Shown: positions 40,541 to 51,347 of the stretch, in pieces | Layout: each line of letters begins with the position of its first letter | Numbering within the stretch: position 1 is the stretch's first letter | Assembly: GCA_963715195.1 (NCBI GenBank) | Contig: CAVQRT010000007.1 | Coordinates: 128,001 to 192,000, forward strand | Length of the DNA: 64,000 nucleotides | Reading direction: 5' to 3' | Origin: Thermodesulfovibrionales bacterium | GTDB lineage: Bacteria > Nitrospirota > Thermodesulfovibrionia > Thermodesulfovibrionales > SM23-35 | The notes under the pieces: generated by a model | What the model was told of the DNA's origin: nothing | Seen by the model: the letters and a program-made list of their open reading frames with translations, nothing else | Database searches by the model: none | Translations under genes and position numbers: made by a program

Positions 40541-41623
40541 TCATGCTATGCGATTGATACCCACTTTTCGATACAACAGGGGAAAGTTCACATGCTCTGT
40601 GACGATATGCATACCGCGTTCCACTTTTTCCCTGTCACGCAACCTGAGCCTGATGGACAGTTTTTCCAATTTTTTTGCAACGCTGTAAGTGTCCTCCCGT
40701 ACCACGATCATCGGAATGTTCTTCTGCTCCGCTATCGAAAGGATGATCTCACTGGGATACAGGTCGCCGGTTAGGATCAGACAGACGGAACCTGATTCTA
40801 TGGCTGAAAGTTGAATATCAGACCGGTCGCCACCGACAATGACCGCATTATTGCGCATTTTTTTGAAATACTCGATAGCCTTGTCTACCTGCATTGCTCC
40901 GATCAGGAAATGTTCAACAAGGTTCGTGAGTTTATCGTGACAGCATAACACTTTCCCCCCGAGCATATCATTCAGTTCTTCTACGGTGACCGATCCGACT
41001 ATCGCATCATGAGGGATTACCCCGAGGATGTCTATCTTCTTGCGCTGAAGAAAAGGGAGGGTGTATTCATATGCACTTTGCTTCAGGTCCGCGGAGACTT
41101 TATTCAGAATAACGCCGAGAAACCGCTCTTTTAGGTCCTTTTTTGCCTGAAGCACATAATCGGCAATGTACTCGCCCTCGTATTTTACCACGAGAACAAC
41201 CTTCGCGTTGAGACGCTTGATGACCTCAAGTCCCTGAAGGCCAAGGTAACTTCCGGTATAGATGCTTCCATACCCGCCGATAATGACAATATCCTTGTTT
41301 CTGGATACTACTTCATGTGACTTCACAACCTTTGGCATGAGCCCTTTCATTTCTTTCCGATAACTTTTCACTTCAAGCTCCTGGGTGAGAACGACTGGGC
41401 ATAGTGCATGTAGGGGATCTTTCAGGTCAAGTGCCCGGTAAATGCGCCATGCATCATTGTCTGTAAGAATGTCGTTCACCTTTACCGGCAAGATGCCGAC
41501 CGGTTTTATATACCCTATGTTCAGTCCGTCCCTGATAAATTTGTAACCAAGCCCCATGGTTACGAGGGTCTTTCCGGTATAGCCTGAAGTTGATCCAATA
41601 TACAGAGAAACCATTTCAGTCAC
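40541..41623 (-). CDS. Phosphotransacetylase N-terminal-like protein (BioD-like P-loop plus DRTGG)
   Basis: YTGKT, GYIKPVG, IGAM and GGDRSDIQ. Confidence 0.87.
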   Translation of the reverse strand: MTEMVSLYIGSTSGYTGKTLVTMGLGYKFIRDGLNIGYIKPVGILPVKVNDILTDNDAWRIYRALDLKDPLHALCPVVLTQELEVKSYRKEMKGLMPKVVKSHEVVSRNKDIVIIGGYGSIYTGSYLGLQGLEVIKRLNAKVVLVVKYEGEYIADYVLQAKKDLKERFLGVILNKVSADLKQSAYEYTLPFLQRKKIDILGVIPHDAIVGSVTVEELNDMLGGKVLCCHDKLTNLVEHFLIGAMQVDKAIEYFKKMRNNAVIVGGDRSDIQLSAIESGSVCLILTGDLYPSEIILSIAEQKNIPMIVVREDTYSVAKKLEKLSIRLRLRDREKVERGMHIVTEHVNFPLLYRKVGINRIA

Positions 41624-43712
41624 CTCCTATGGTAAAACGTGCATCGATTGCTACGAGGCCTTCTCCCCGGTCTTTTACCAGGAGGGGATTGATATCCGCC
41701 TCAACAATACGGGGGAAATCCGAAGCCATTTGTGACAAAACCAAAAGGGCATGTTCAATGGCTTCGATATCGACTTCGGCTTCTCCCCTGACTCCCCGCA
41801 GGAGGGGAAAAGACTTTGTCTCCCTGATCATTTCGTGAGCATCTTCTCTGCTCAATGGAGCGATCCGGAAAGCGACGTCCTTGAGGACTTCCACATAAAT
41901 GCCGCCCATGCCGAACATGATCAGATGACCGAACTGCGGGTCGCTGGTAATTCCCATGATGACCTCTTTTCCTTTCGGAACCATTTCCTGGATCAAAACG
42001 CCCTCAATATGTGCAGAAGGAAGAATATTCCTGACACGGGTCGTTATGTCGAAGAATGCATTTTTCACATCTCTCTTGGTGTTCAGATTAATTTTGACAC
42101 CGCCGATATCACTCTTATGGGAAATCTGCGGTGAGACGATTTTCATCACCACAGGGAAGCCTATTTCCCCGGCAGCGAAAATGGCTTCTCCCGGAGTGCG
42201 TGCAAACAGGCTTTTTGGCTGGGGGAACCCGTATGCATGCAGCACGTCGTGGACTTCCAGTTCATACAACCGGTCACGATTCTCTTCCTGTGCTTTTTTA
42301 AAAATATGAGCTGCTTTTTCCCGGTATTCTCCCGTTGCTGTAAAATGCCTCTCAGGTTTTTGAAGCCACAGGTGATACCGGTACATGGCATTCAGGGAAG
42401 TCACCATTTCTTCGGGATAACTGTAGTTTGGGATACCGTTTTTCAGGAGCAGTCTGGCACTCGCCTCAACGCGCATTTTCCCCATAAAGGATGTCAGTAT
42501 CGGTCTGTCAATCATTCGTGCAACATTGATCACGGCCTGTGCGGTTGCCTCAACGTCAATAACCGCAGTAGGAGTCAGCAGGACCATGACACTGTTTATT
42601 CTCTCATCCTTCAGGACTGTGATGAGTGTTTTTTCATACCGGTCTGCACCAGAATCTCCGAGGATATCGATTGGATTATAAAAGGAGGCAACAGCAGGCA
42701 GAAATGTCCTGAGCTCATCCACGTATTCCTTGTGGAGAGGAATAAGCTGAAGATTCGATTTGTCGCAGGCATCGGCGGTGAGGATGCCCGGCCCGCCAGA
42801 ATTGGTTATGATTGCCACGTTCGGACCCCGTGGAACAGGCTGATGAGCAAATGCAATGGCAAAATTGAACAGTTCGTTGAGCGTGTGTGCTCTGATGACG
42901 CCGCTCTGCTTAAATGCCGCGTCAAAAGCTGCTTCACGGCCCGCGAGTGCTCCGGTATGAGAGGAAGCAGCCTTTGCCCCTGAGGTGGTTATTCCGGATT
43001 TCAGAATAATGACCGGCTTTTTTCGCGATACCATGCGGGCAACCTCCATGAATTTTCTTCCGTCGCTCAGCCCTTCAATGTATCCTAAAATGACTTTTGT
43101 ATGATCATCTTCAGACAGGGCAAGCATGATATCCGTGTCCGTTATATCTGCCTTATTCCCCATACTGATAAATTTCGAAAATCCGATTCCGTCAGGGAGT
43201 GCACGATCGAGCACCGCGAGGCAGAGAGCGCCTGACTGAGAAAAGAAGCCGATGCTTCCCTGTGCAGGCATGCCGGCAGCAAATGATGCATTGATTTTCG
43301 AGTAGGTATCGATGATGCCCAGGCAATTCGGCCCGATAAACCTAACACCTGCCTGTTTTGCCTTGATGATCAGTTCATGTTCCAGCTTCAATCCGTCGGT
43401 GCCGCTCTCCCGAAACCCCGCCGAAATGATAATTGCAGAATCAATGTTTCTCGCTCCGCACTGGCCGATGATTTCGAGAACATTCATTGGCGGGACAACG
43501 ATGACTGCAAGGTCTATTTCTCCAGGCACATCGATGAGGGATGGATATGCCTTTTTTCCGAAAATCTCGGACGCTGCCGGATTAATCGGGTAAACCGTCC
43601 CGTCATAGCCATACTGAACGATATTCCTAAGAAGATCGTATCCTATCTTTCCGGGACTGCGGGATGCACCGACAACAGCAATGGATTGAGCGCGAAAAAA
43701 ATTACCGAGCAC
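41616..43712 (-). CDS. Acetate/acyl-CoA ligase (ADP-forming), fused alpha-beta
   Basis: IAVVGAS, GPNCLG, SQSGAL, SHTG and ATP-grasp (HKSDIGGV, DINPL). Confidence 0.92.
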   Translation of the reverse strand: MLGNFFRAQSIAVVGASRSPGKIGYDLLRNIVQYGYDGTVYPINPAASEIFGKKAYPSLIDVPGEIDLAVIVVPPMNVLEIIGQCGARNIDSAIIISAGFRESGTDGLKLEHELIIKAKQAGVRFIGPNCLGIIDTYSKINASFAAGMPAQGSIGFFSQSGALCLAVLDRALPDGIGFSKFISMGNKADITDTDIMLALSEDDHTKVILGYIEGLSDGRKFMEVARMVSRKKPVIILKSGITTSGAKAASSHTGALAGREAAFDAAFKQSGVIRAHTLNELFNFAIAFAHQPVPRGPNVAIITNSGGPGILTADACDKSNLQLIPLHKEYVDELRTFLPAVASFYNPIDILGDSGADRYEKTLITVLKDERINSVMVLLTPTAVIDVEATAQAVINVARMIDRPILTSFMGKMRVEASARLLLKNGIPNYSYPEEMVTSLNAMYRYHLWLQKPERHFTATGEYREKAAHIFKKAQEENRDRLYELEVHDVLHAYGFPQPKSLFARTPGEAIFAAGEIGFPVVMKIVSPQISHKSDIGGVKINLNTKRDVKNAFFDITTRVRNILPSAHIEGVLIQEMVPKGKEVIMGITSDPQFGHLIMFGMGGIYVEVLKDVAFRIAPLSREDAHEMIRETKSFPLLRGVRGEAEVDIEAIEHALLVLSQMASDFPRIVEADINPLLVKDRGEGLVAIDARFTIGGD

Positions 43713-43767
43713 CTACCCTACCTTTGTGATAGATTTGACCAACTGATGACAACTGTGAAAAATAGTA

Positions 43768-43935
43768 TCAGGATTTCCTGCTGGTTTTGGAAAAAAACGG
43801 TGTCAGTTTCTTCGCTACGTTATCACTCCTGCAGTGCTCACAGGTTATTTTCGGTTTTTTCTCATATTCTCTAATGGACAAAAATACAACAAAATCTTTT
43901 TCACAGGCATTGCAATGGTATTCATACGCTGGCAT
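43768..43935 (-). CDS. FmdB-family zinc ribbon protein, second copy (55 aa, not in ORF track)
   Basis: MPAYEYHCNAC...CEHCRS; GGAGG RBS. Confidence 0.88.
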   Translation of the reverse strand: MPAYEYHCNACEKDFVVFLSIREYEKKPKITCEHCRSDNVAKKLTPFFSKTSRKS

Positions 43936-43991
43936 ACATACCTCCTCGCAAAGGAAATCATGAAGGTTATATCATAAAAGAGGAAGCAAAC

Positions 43992-45251
43992 TCAAGGGGC
44001 TTGCCCATCCAGGATGCCCCTGAGGCTCTCTTCCTGAACAGGACCGTAAACAGCAAGCGCAAGCATGTCCTTCCGTATAACAGACAGAGCAAGTTCTCTG
44101 ATTTGCTGCAATGTAATAGAATCGATCTCATCCATGATCTCTTTTGGTGAAAAATACTTCCCATGGTATATCTCCTGCCGTGCAATATTGTTCATCCGGC
44201 TGCTCGTTGATTCGAGTCCGAGAATAATATTTCCTTTCAGATGGTTTTTAGCCCGCTGCAGTTCCACGTCTGTAATGGTATCTTTCAGATGATGCATCTC
44301 CCCAAGGATGAGGTCTATGACTTCCCGGACTTTTTTCCTGCTCACGCCGGCATAGATGCCCCACAAGCCGGTATCGGAATACGAGGCGATAAAGGAATAG
44401 ATGGCATATGCCAATCCTCTTTTTTCCCGTATTTCCTGAAAAAGACGCGAGCTTACGCCGGCCCCCAGAATGGTATTTAAAGTAAACAGACAGTAGCGGT
44501 CCTTGCTTGCCTGATGGATGCCTTTGAACCCGAGACAGAGATGTGCTTCAGAGAGATCTTTGCCGAACATTCGCACCTTACTGTGAAAGCCCGGCGGTGC
44601 CCCCCTTTCAGGCTCAGAACCCCTTCTGAGCTTCCCGAGATTTTTATTCAGCATCGCAATGAGGTGTTCATGGTCGAAATTTCCGGCGCATGATATCACG
44701 ATATCCTTCGTTCCGTAATACTTTCTGATGTGTGCCATAAGGTTGTCCCGTGTGAACGTCCTGATCGTCTCTCTCCTGCCGAGCACAGGCTGTCCAATGC
44801 CTGAAAGCCCCCAGATGGTCTGGTTGAAGAGATCATGGATATAATCATCGGGTGTGTCCTCAACCATCTTTATCTCTTCCTTGATGATTTTTTTCTCTTT
44901 CTCGATATCCTCAGCAGGAAATACTGAATTCAGAAACATGTCTGTCAGCAGATCAAGTCCTTTTTCAAGGAACTCATCGAGCACCTTTACATAAAACGTC
45001 GTCGTTTCGCGCGAGGTAAAGGCGTTCAGTTCACCGCCCAGAGAGTCAGTTTCGATAGCGATATCTTTTGCGGTTCGTCTTTTTGTTCCTTTGAAAAACA
45101 TATGTTCGAGAAAGTGGGATATCCCGTTCTGTTCGGGTTTCTCATTTCTAGACCCGACTTTTACCCATATCCCGATAACGACAGACCGTACCCCCTTCAA
45201 TGACTCCATAACAACCGGCACGCCGTTTATGAGATATTCTTTCCTAAACAT
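43992..45251 (-). CDS. M16 family zinc peptidase
   Basis: HFLEHMFFKGT (HxxEH), LNAFT and SSRLFQEIRE; follows pnp. Confidence 0.94.
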   Translation of the reverse strand: MFRKEYLINGVPVVMESLKGVRSVVIGIWVKVGSRNEKPEQNGISHFLEHMFFKGTKRRTAKDIAIETDSLGGELNAFTSRETTTFYVKVLDEFLEKGLDLLTDMFLNSVFPAEDIEKEKKIIKEEIKMVEDTPDDYIHDLFNQTIWGLSGIGQPVLGRRETIRTFTRDNLMAHIRKYYGTKDIVISCAGNFDHEHLIAMLNKNLGKLRRGSEPERGAPPGFHSKVRMFGKDLSEAHLCLGFKGIHQASKDRYCLFTLNTILGAGVSSRLFQEIREKRGLAYAIYSFIASYSDTGLWGIYAGVSRKKVREVIDLILGEMHHLKDTITDVELQRAKNHLKGNIILGLESTSSRMNNIARQEIYHGKYFSPKEIMDEIDSITLQQIRELALSVIRKDMLALAVYGPVQEESLRGILDGQAP

Positions 45252-45294
45252 GCTCTCCTCAAACAGTCAAGACGCTTTCTCTGTTGCTGAAATG

Positions 45295-45326
45295 AAAAAA
45301 GGGGATAGAGCAACCTAATCCCCCTT
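45295..45326 (-). terminator. Intrinsic terminator after pnp
   Basis: GGGGATTAG...CTATCCCC followed by T6 on the minus strand. Confidence 0.7.
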
Positions 45327-45347
45327 CCCGTTTTATGTCCATGGATC

Positions 45348-47444
45348 TTACTGCTCTTTTGAAATTCCCTTTTCCCGCAACGCCTCTTTCCTGGACAAAC
45401 GTACTCTGCCCATCTTATCGATCTCGATTACCTTCACCAGGATTTCGTCTCCCTCGCGTACCTCGTCTGTGACTTTTGCAATTCGCTTATCGGATATTTG
45501 GGATATGTGAAGCAGGCCTTCGGTTCCGGGAAGAATTTCGATAAATGCACCAAAATCGACGATTCGCTTTACCTTGCCGAGGTAGAGTTTTCCCATCTCA
45601 GCTTCTGCAGTAATACTGTTAATGATATCGATGGCCTTTTGGGCAGACTCGCCGTCAGGTGAAGCTATGTTGATGAGGCCACTGTCCTCTATGTCTATTT
45701 TCACCCCTGTTTGTTCGACGATTCCCCGGATCACCTTTCCCCCGGTTCCGATCACGTCACGAATCTTCTCCTGCTTGATCTGCAGGGTGTAGATCCTCGG
45801 AGCATACGGAGCAAGATTTTCCCGTGGTGCATGAATGCAGTCATTCATTTTTTCGAGAATATGCAATCTCCCCTGCCGTGCCTGTTCGATCGCGGTTTCC
45901 ATGATGCCGCGAGAAATACCGCCTATCTTCGTATCAAGCTGGAATGCGGTTATGCCCTTTGCTGTTCCGGTAACCTTGAAATCCATATCGCCGAGATGAT
46001 CTTCGAGTCCGAGAATATCGGTAAGGATCACAACCGTATCCTGTTCCTTGATCAGTCCCATCGCAATGCCTGCAACGTGCGATCTGATCGGGACTCCGGC
46101 ATCCATAAGAGCAAGGGAACCTCCGCAAACCGTTGCCATGGAGGAGGAACCATTTGACTCCAGGATATCCGAGACGATCCGAATCGTATACGGGAAATCC
46201 AATTTGGGAGGGATCAGGGATTTCAGAGCCCTCTCCGCAAGTATTCCGTGTCCTATTTCACGCCTTCCCGGAGACCGTAAGGGCTTTACCTCACCCACGC
46301 TGAAGGGCGGAAAATTATAATGCAACATGAAGGTCTTGTATGATTCACCTTCCAGCGAATCGATCTTCTGCTCATCATCAGAAGTTCCGAGGGTTACAAC
46401 CGTGAGGCACTGGGTTTCACCCCTGATAAAGAGGGCTGACCCGTGCGTTCTCGGAAGAATTCCAATCTCTGCACTGATATCTCTGATGTCTTGTGGTGTT
46501 CTTCCGTCAGCCCGTCTATTTTCGTTGATGATCATGCCACGGACGAGATTTTTTTCCGTCTCGTGGAACTCGTGCATAATATCCCTTGATATATCGTTAT
46601 CGGGTTGATTGAGCTGCTCAACCAGCTCCTTGAGTATCTCGTCAAGCGCTTTCTGCCTCCGCAACTTATCAGGAATTGATATCGCCGTTTTCATCTTCTC
46701 AAGGGACAATTCCCTGATGCGCTTTCTGAGTTCTTCATGAACAACCGGCACGGCAACGGCCCTTTTTTCTCTTCCGGCAATCGACCGAAGCTCTTTCTGT
46801 ACGATGCAGAGGCGCTGTATCTCGCGGTGGGCAACGTCCAAAGCCTCAAGGAGATCGGGTTCCGAAATCTCCTGCGCCTCACCTTCCACCATAACCACCG
46901 CATCCTCCGTACCAGCAACAACGAGATTGAGATCGCATTCCTCGGTCTCCCTGATGTCAGGATTGATTACGAAGGAACCTGCAATCCGTCCGATCCTGAC
47001 AGCAGCCACCGGGAATTTGAAGGGGATATCTGAAATGTTGAGGGATGCAGATATGCTGATAATACCCAGGATATCCGCAATATTTTCATCCCCGTATGAG
47101 AGGACATTGACAATACACTGCGTTTCACAGTAAAACCCTTCCTCGAAGAGAGGCCTGATAGGCCTGTCAATAAGCCGGGATGTCAGAATCTCCTTCTCTG
47201 AGGGTCTCCCTTCCCTCTTGAAAAAACCGCCGGGAATTTTCCCAGCCGAATAAGCCTTTTCCTGATAGTCTACGGTGAGAGGGAAAAAATCAAGACCTTC
47301 CTTCGGATTTTTATCTGCTACTGCCGTCGCCAGCACAACCGTATCTCCGTACTGGGCGACCACTGCTCCGTCAGCCTGTTTGGCAAATTTTCCTGTAGCA
47401 AGCGTAAGCTTTTTCCCGCGAACCTCAATTTCGACCGTGTGCAT
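45348..47444 (-). CDS. pnp: Polyribonucleotide nucleotidyltransferase
   Basis: GGFFKREG, RREIGHG, ESNGSSSMA, GDMDFKV, KH and S1 domains. Confidence 0.98.
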   Translation of the reverse strand: MHTVEIEVRGKKLTLATGKFAKQADGAVVAQYGDTVVLATAVADKNPKEGLDFFPLTVDYQEKAYSAGKIPGGFFKREGRPSEKEILTSRLIDRPIRPLFEEGFYCETQCIVNVLSYGDENIADILGIISISASLNISDIPFKFPVAAVRIGRIAGSFVINPDIRETEECDLNLVVAGTEDAVVMVEGEAQEISEPDLLEALDVAHREIQRLCIVQKELRSIAGREKRAVAVPVVHEELRKRIRELSLEKMKTAISIPDKLRRQKALDEILKELVEQLNQPDNDISRDIMHEFHETEKNLVRGMIINENRRADGRTPQDIRDISAEIGILPRTHGSALFIRGETQCLTVVTLGTSDDEQKIDSLEGESYKTFMLHYNFPPFSVGEVKPLRSPGRREIGHGILAERALKSLIPPKLDFPYTIRIVSDILESNGSSSMATVCGGSLALMDAGVPIRSHVAGIAMGLIKEQDTVVILTDILGLEDHLGDMDFKVTGTAKGITAFQLDTKIGGISRGIMETAIEQARQGRLHILEKMNDCIHAPRENLAPYAPRIYTLQIKQEKIRDVIGTGGKVIRGIVEQTGVKIDIEDSGLINIASPDGESAQKAIDIINSITAEAEMGKLYLGKVKRIVDFGAFIEILPGTEGLLHISQISDKRIAKVTDEVREGDEILVKVIEIDKMGRVRLSRKEALREKGISKEQ

Positions 47445-47713
47445 TACTTTCGTATTTCCAATCGCTCAATGACGGTCTTGTAGCGATCTTTATCCGATTT
47501 CTTGAGGTAGTCAAGTAATTTCCTTCTCTGGCTGACGAGTTTAAGAAGGCCTCTCCTTGAGTGGTGATCTTTCTTGTGGGTCTTGAAATGCTCTGTCAGG
47601 TAATTTATGCGCGTGCTGAGCAGGGCTATCTGGACTTCAGGGGAACCGGTGTCTGAATCGTGAATCCGGTAATCGCTGATGATGTTCAGTTTTGCTGTCT
47701 TGTCAATCGACAT
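47444..47713 (-). CDS. rpsO: 30S ribosomal protein S15
   Basis: [12 protein letters not shown] and [12 protein letters not shown]. Confidence 0.98.
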   Translation of the reverse strand: MSIDKTAKLNIISDYRIHDSDTGSPEVQIALLSTRINYLTEHFKTHKKDHHSRRGLLKLVSQRRKLLDYLKKSDKDRYKTVIERLEIRK

Positions 47714-47842
47714 CTATTCACCGCCTTTCGAATGTTTTGTGCAATAGTTACGTTACCATAGAATTCAGGTATCTGTAAAGAAACAGACGATTTTGCAACA
47801 AGCTGTGTAATTTGCCGGATTGTGTCTATAAGGGGTCATAAC

Positions 47843-47874
47843 AAAAAATAGCCGGGCTCATCCTCGGCTATTTT
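47843..47874 (-). terminator. Intrinsic terminator after ppdK
   Basis: AAAATAGCCG...CGGCTATTTTTT. Confidence 0.8.
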
Positions 47875-47896
47875 CAATGAAGACAATGAACTGTTT

Positions 47897-50566
47897 TTAT
47901 ACCGTAGATTTCGTCAGATCCTTCTTCATTTTCTCCTTAAGGGTAGCATGCGCTGCAGCGAGTCTGGCAATGGGTACACGGTACGGGGAACAGCTCACAT
48001 AATCAAGCCCTATCTTGTGGCAGAATTCGACGGATTTGGGATCCCCCCCGTGTTCACCGCATATCCCCATTTTCAAGTTCTTCTTTGTCTTTCTTCCCTT
48101 TGCAACAGCGATCTGCATAAGAAGTCCTATCCCCTGCTGGTCGAGAGAGATGAATGGATCGTTTTCGAGAATACCCTTTTCAACATAATAGGGAAGAAAC
48201 CGTCCTGCGTCGTCCCGCGAGAGTCCAAATGCCGTCTGTGTGAGGTCATTCGTCCCGAAAGAATAAAAATCAGCCTGTGTGGCGATCTCGTCCGCTGTAA
48301 TTGCCGCCCGTGGCAGCTCTATCATGGTCCCTACCGTGTAGATAATTTTTGTTTTATATTCCTTCTGAACTTCATCAGCGGTTCTAACCGTCAGTTCCCT
48401 CATCATTTTCAGCTCGTTCACGTGTCCGACCAGCGGAATCATGATCTCCGGTATTACTTTCACCCGTTGCTTCGAAAGCTCACATACAGCCTCGATGATT
48501 GCCCTTACCTGCATTTCATAAATCTCCGGATAGGTAATACCAAGCCTGCACCCCCGGTGACCAAGCATTGGATTGAACTCCTCCAACGACCTGTTTCGTG
48601 CCTTCAGTTTCTCAACGGGCGCCTCCATGGAGGTGGCAAGGGACCGGATCTCTTCTTCGGTATGGGGCAGAAATTCATGGAGCGGAGGGTCGAGGAGACG
48701 GATGGTAACGGGTAATCCCTTCATTACCTTGAAGATTTCCATAAAGTCGCTCTTTTGCATCGGGAGGAGTTTGACGAGAGCCTTTTTTCTTCCTTCAGTA
48801 TCATCAGAAAGAATCATTTCTCGAACGGCACTGATCCTCTCGGGCGCAAAAAACATATGCTCTGTCCTGCAAAGACCAATCCCTACAGCACCAAATTTCC
48901 GTGCAACCTCTGAATCATGAGCGGTATCGGCATTGGTTCTTACGCCGAGTTTCTGGTATTCATTAACCCATTTCATAAAGGTTCCGAAGTCACCGGTCAA
49001 TTCAGGCGTGACAAGCGGAACCTGCCCGAGCATAACCTCGCCAGTCGTTCCGTTCAGGGTTATGTAATCCCATTCCTTTACGGTGAGGTCATTGACCGTG
49101 AAATACCTCTGTACCTCGTTGATATTGATGGCACCGCAACCTGCAATACAGCACTTTCCCATACCCCGCGCAACAACAGCGGCATGTGACGTCATGCCGC
49201 CCCGCGCCGTGAGAATTCCCTGCGCTGCGTTCATTCCCCCGATATCTTCAGGGGATGTTTCTGCCCTCACGAGAATAACGTGTTCTCCTCTTTCCGCAGC
49301 CTTTTCAGCATCTTCCGCTGTAAAAACAACTTTCCCGACTGCTGCACCTGGTGAGGCGGGAAGGCCCTTCGCAACAACTGTTGCACTAGCTTTCGGATCA
49401 ATCATCGGGTGGAGGAGCTGGTCAAGCTGCTGGGGGTCGATCCTCAATATTGCCGTCTTTTTGTCAATGACCTTCTCTTTGACCAGATCTATGGCGATCC
49501 TGAGTGCGGCGGCAGCAGTTCTCTTTCCGACCCTTGTTTGGAGCATATAGAGTTTCCCTTCCTGCACGGTGAACTCTATGTCAAGCATGTCCTTATAGTG
49601 TCGTTCAAGTTTTTTATAAATGGTGTCGAGTTCCCGGTATGCCTTGGGGAGGCGTTTCCTAAGTTCTTCAATTCTCAGCGGAGTTCTGATTCCCGCGACG
49701 ACATCTTCACCCTGCGCATTGATGAGGCATTCGGCAAAAAATCTTTTCTCCCCGGTGGAGGGATCCCGTGTGAAACCGACTCCGGTTCCTGAATTCTCTC
49801 CGAGGTTTCCAAATACCATGGACTGAATATTGCAAGCGGTGCCGAGATTATCAGGGATTTCATTTAATTTTCTGTATTTGACGGCCCTGTCACCAAACCA
49901 TGAGCCGAAAACAGCATTGATAGCCTTACTGAGCTGTTCCAGAGGTTCCGAAGGAAAATCCTCTCCGGTATTTTTCCTGTATATCCTCTTGAATTCCTGA
50001 ACAAGGGTTTTCAGATCATCAGCCGTAAGCTCGGTGTCCAGGCGGACCCCTCTCTCCTCCTTCATATCTTCAAGCGATTTTTCGAACCTCTGCCTGTCAA
50101 CACCCATAACAATATTGCCAAACATAGTAATCAGCCTTCTGTAAGCATCATACACAAAACGTTCATTGTTCGTCTTTTTAATCAATGCATTGATCGTTGC
50201 ATCATTCAGCCCAAGATTCAGCACGGTATCCATCATGCCCGGCATTGAAAATTTAGCCCCTGAACGGACCGAGACAAGGAGGGGATTGTCAGGGTTACCG
50301 AATTTCATTCCCATCGCCCTTTCAACCTTCCTGAGATTTTCAAGAACCTGCTGCCACATTCCGGGAGGATATTTCTTGCCTGCTTTGAAATATTCGTTGC
50401 ATGCCTCTGTGCTAATGGTAAATCCCGCGGGTACCGGTATCTTCAGATTTGTCATTTCTGCAAGCCCTGCACCTTTGCCGCCGAGGAGGTCTTTCAAAGT
50501 TCCTTTTCCATCAGCCTTGCCGTTTCCGAAAAAGAAAACATATTTCTTGAGAGCTTTTTTAGCCAT
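47897..50566 (-). CDS. ppdK: Pyruvate, phosphate dikinase
   Basis: LGGKGAGL, SMPGMMDT, GGMTSHAAVVARG and GTNDL; start after GGAGGG. Confidence 0.97.
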   Translation of the reverse strand: MAKKALKKYVFFFGNGKADGKGTLKDLLGGKGAGLAEMTNLKIPVPAGFTISTEACNEYFKAGKKYPPGMWQQVLENLRKVERAMGMKFGNPDNPLLVSVRSGAKFSMPGMMDTVLNLGLNDATINALIKKTNNERFVYDAYRRLITMFGNIVMGVDRQRFEKSLEDMKEERGVRLDTELTADDLKTLVQEFKRIYRKNTGEDFPSEPLEQLSKAINAVFGSWFGDRAVKYRKLNEIPDNLGTACNIQSMVFGNLGENSGTGVGFTRDPSTGEKRFFAECLINAQGEDVVAGIRTPLRIEELRKRLPKAYRELDTIYKKLERHYKDMLDIEFTVQEGKLYMLQTRVGKRTAAAALRIAIDLVKEKVIDKKTAILRIDPQQLDQLLHPMIDPKASATVVAKGLPASPGAAVGKVVFTAEDAEKAAERGEHVILVRAETSPEDIGGMNAAQGILTARGGMTSHAAVVARGMGKCCIAGCGAININEVQRYFTVNDLTVKEWDYITLNGTTGEVMLGQVPLVTPELTGDFGTFMKWVNEYQKLGVRTNADTAHDSEVARKFGAVGIGLCRTEHMFFAPERISAVREMILSDDTEGRKKALVKLLPMQKSDFMEIFKVMKGLPVTIRLLDPPLHEFLPHTEEEIRSLATSMEAPVEKLKARNRSLEEFNPMLGHRGCRLGITYPEIYEMQVRAIIEAVCELSKQRVKVIPEIMIPLVGHVNELKMMRELTVRTADEVQKEYKTKIIYTVGTMIELPRAAITADEIATQADFYSFGTNDLTQTAFGLSRDDAGRFLPYYVEKGILENDPFISLDQQGIGLLMQIAVAKGRKTKKNLKMGICGEHGGDPKSVEFCHKIGLDYVSCSPYRVPIARLAAAHATLKEKMKKDLTKSTV

Positions 50567-50758
50567 TCCGACACCCTCCCAATGTTTTTTGGATATTAGC
50601 ATACCTCACAACCCCGATAAATTCAATCCTCGCGGATGACATGAAACGTGTTCCCGATAAACCCAGGAGGCTTCCTGCAAGGAAGATTAATTTTCTTGAC
50701 TTAAATGTGCCGGTGCTTAAAAATACAGATGCAAAAGAGGAAGAGAAAGGAGCGAGAG

Positions 50759-51334
50759 ATGCAAAGATTAAGTATTTTTTTTATGACAGTTTTCGCGTTC
50801 ACTATTCTTAACGTCGCGTTTATTCATGCGGCGGACACGACTCCCGAAAAAGGAGAGGCTTTTCCTGAAATTACGATGCCCATACCAGAAAAAGATGCTG
50901 ATAAGGCATATCTCGGATTATCCGGAAAAGTAGAATTCAAGCTATCAGAGATAAAAGCCGATGTGCTCATTATCGAAATCTTCAGCATGTATTGTCCTTA
51001 CTGTCAGAAGGAAGCCCCGCTCGTGAATGATCTCTACCAGGCAATCGACAAGGACCCCGGCTTGAAGGAAAAGATCAAGATGATCGGTATTGGCGCAGGC
51101 AACACCCCTTTTGAGGTTGACATCTTCAGAAACCAATTCAAGATTCCATTCCCGCTTTTTGCCGATGACTCGTTCACTGTTCATAAGCGGGTTGGCGAAG
51201 TGAGAACACCGTACTTTTTTGTCCTGAAAGTGAACGCTGATAGATCGAATACACTCATCTATTCAAAAGTCGGAACCATACGGGACCCGGCTCAGTTCCT
51301 TAAACTCATTCTGAACGAAGCAGACTTAAAATAA
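50759..51334 (+). CDS. Exported TlpA/redoxin-family protein
   Basis: Signal peptide, SMYCPYCQ and TPYFF; AAGGAG RBS. Confidence 0.85.
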   Translation: MQRLSIFFMTVFAFTILNVAFIHAADTTPEKGEAFPEITMPIPEKDADKAYLGLSGKVEFKLSEIKADVLIIEIFSMYCPYCQKEAPLVNDLYQAIDKDPGLKEKIKMIGIGAGNTPFEVDIFRNQFKIPFPLFADDSFTVHKRVGEVRTPYFFVLKVNADRSNTLIYSKVGTIRDPAQFLKLILNEADLK

Positions 51335-51347
51335 GGGAGGTATCGTG

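Noticed and set aside
47948..48715. Long antisense ORFs (also 5397-6071, 42237-42983, 60797-61492)
   Set aside because: They lie opposite well-conserved genes and show no recognisable motifs.
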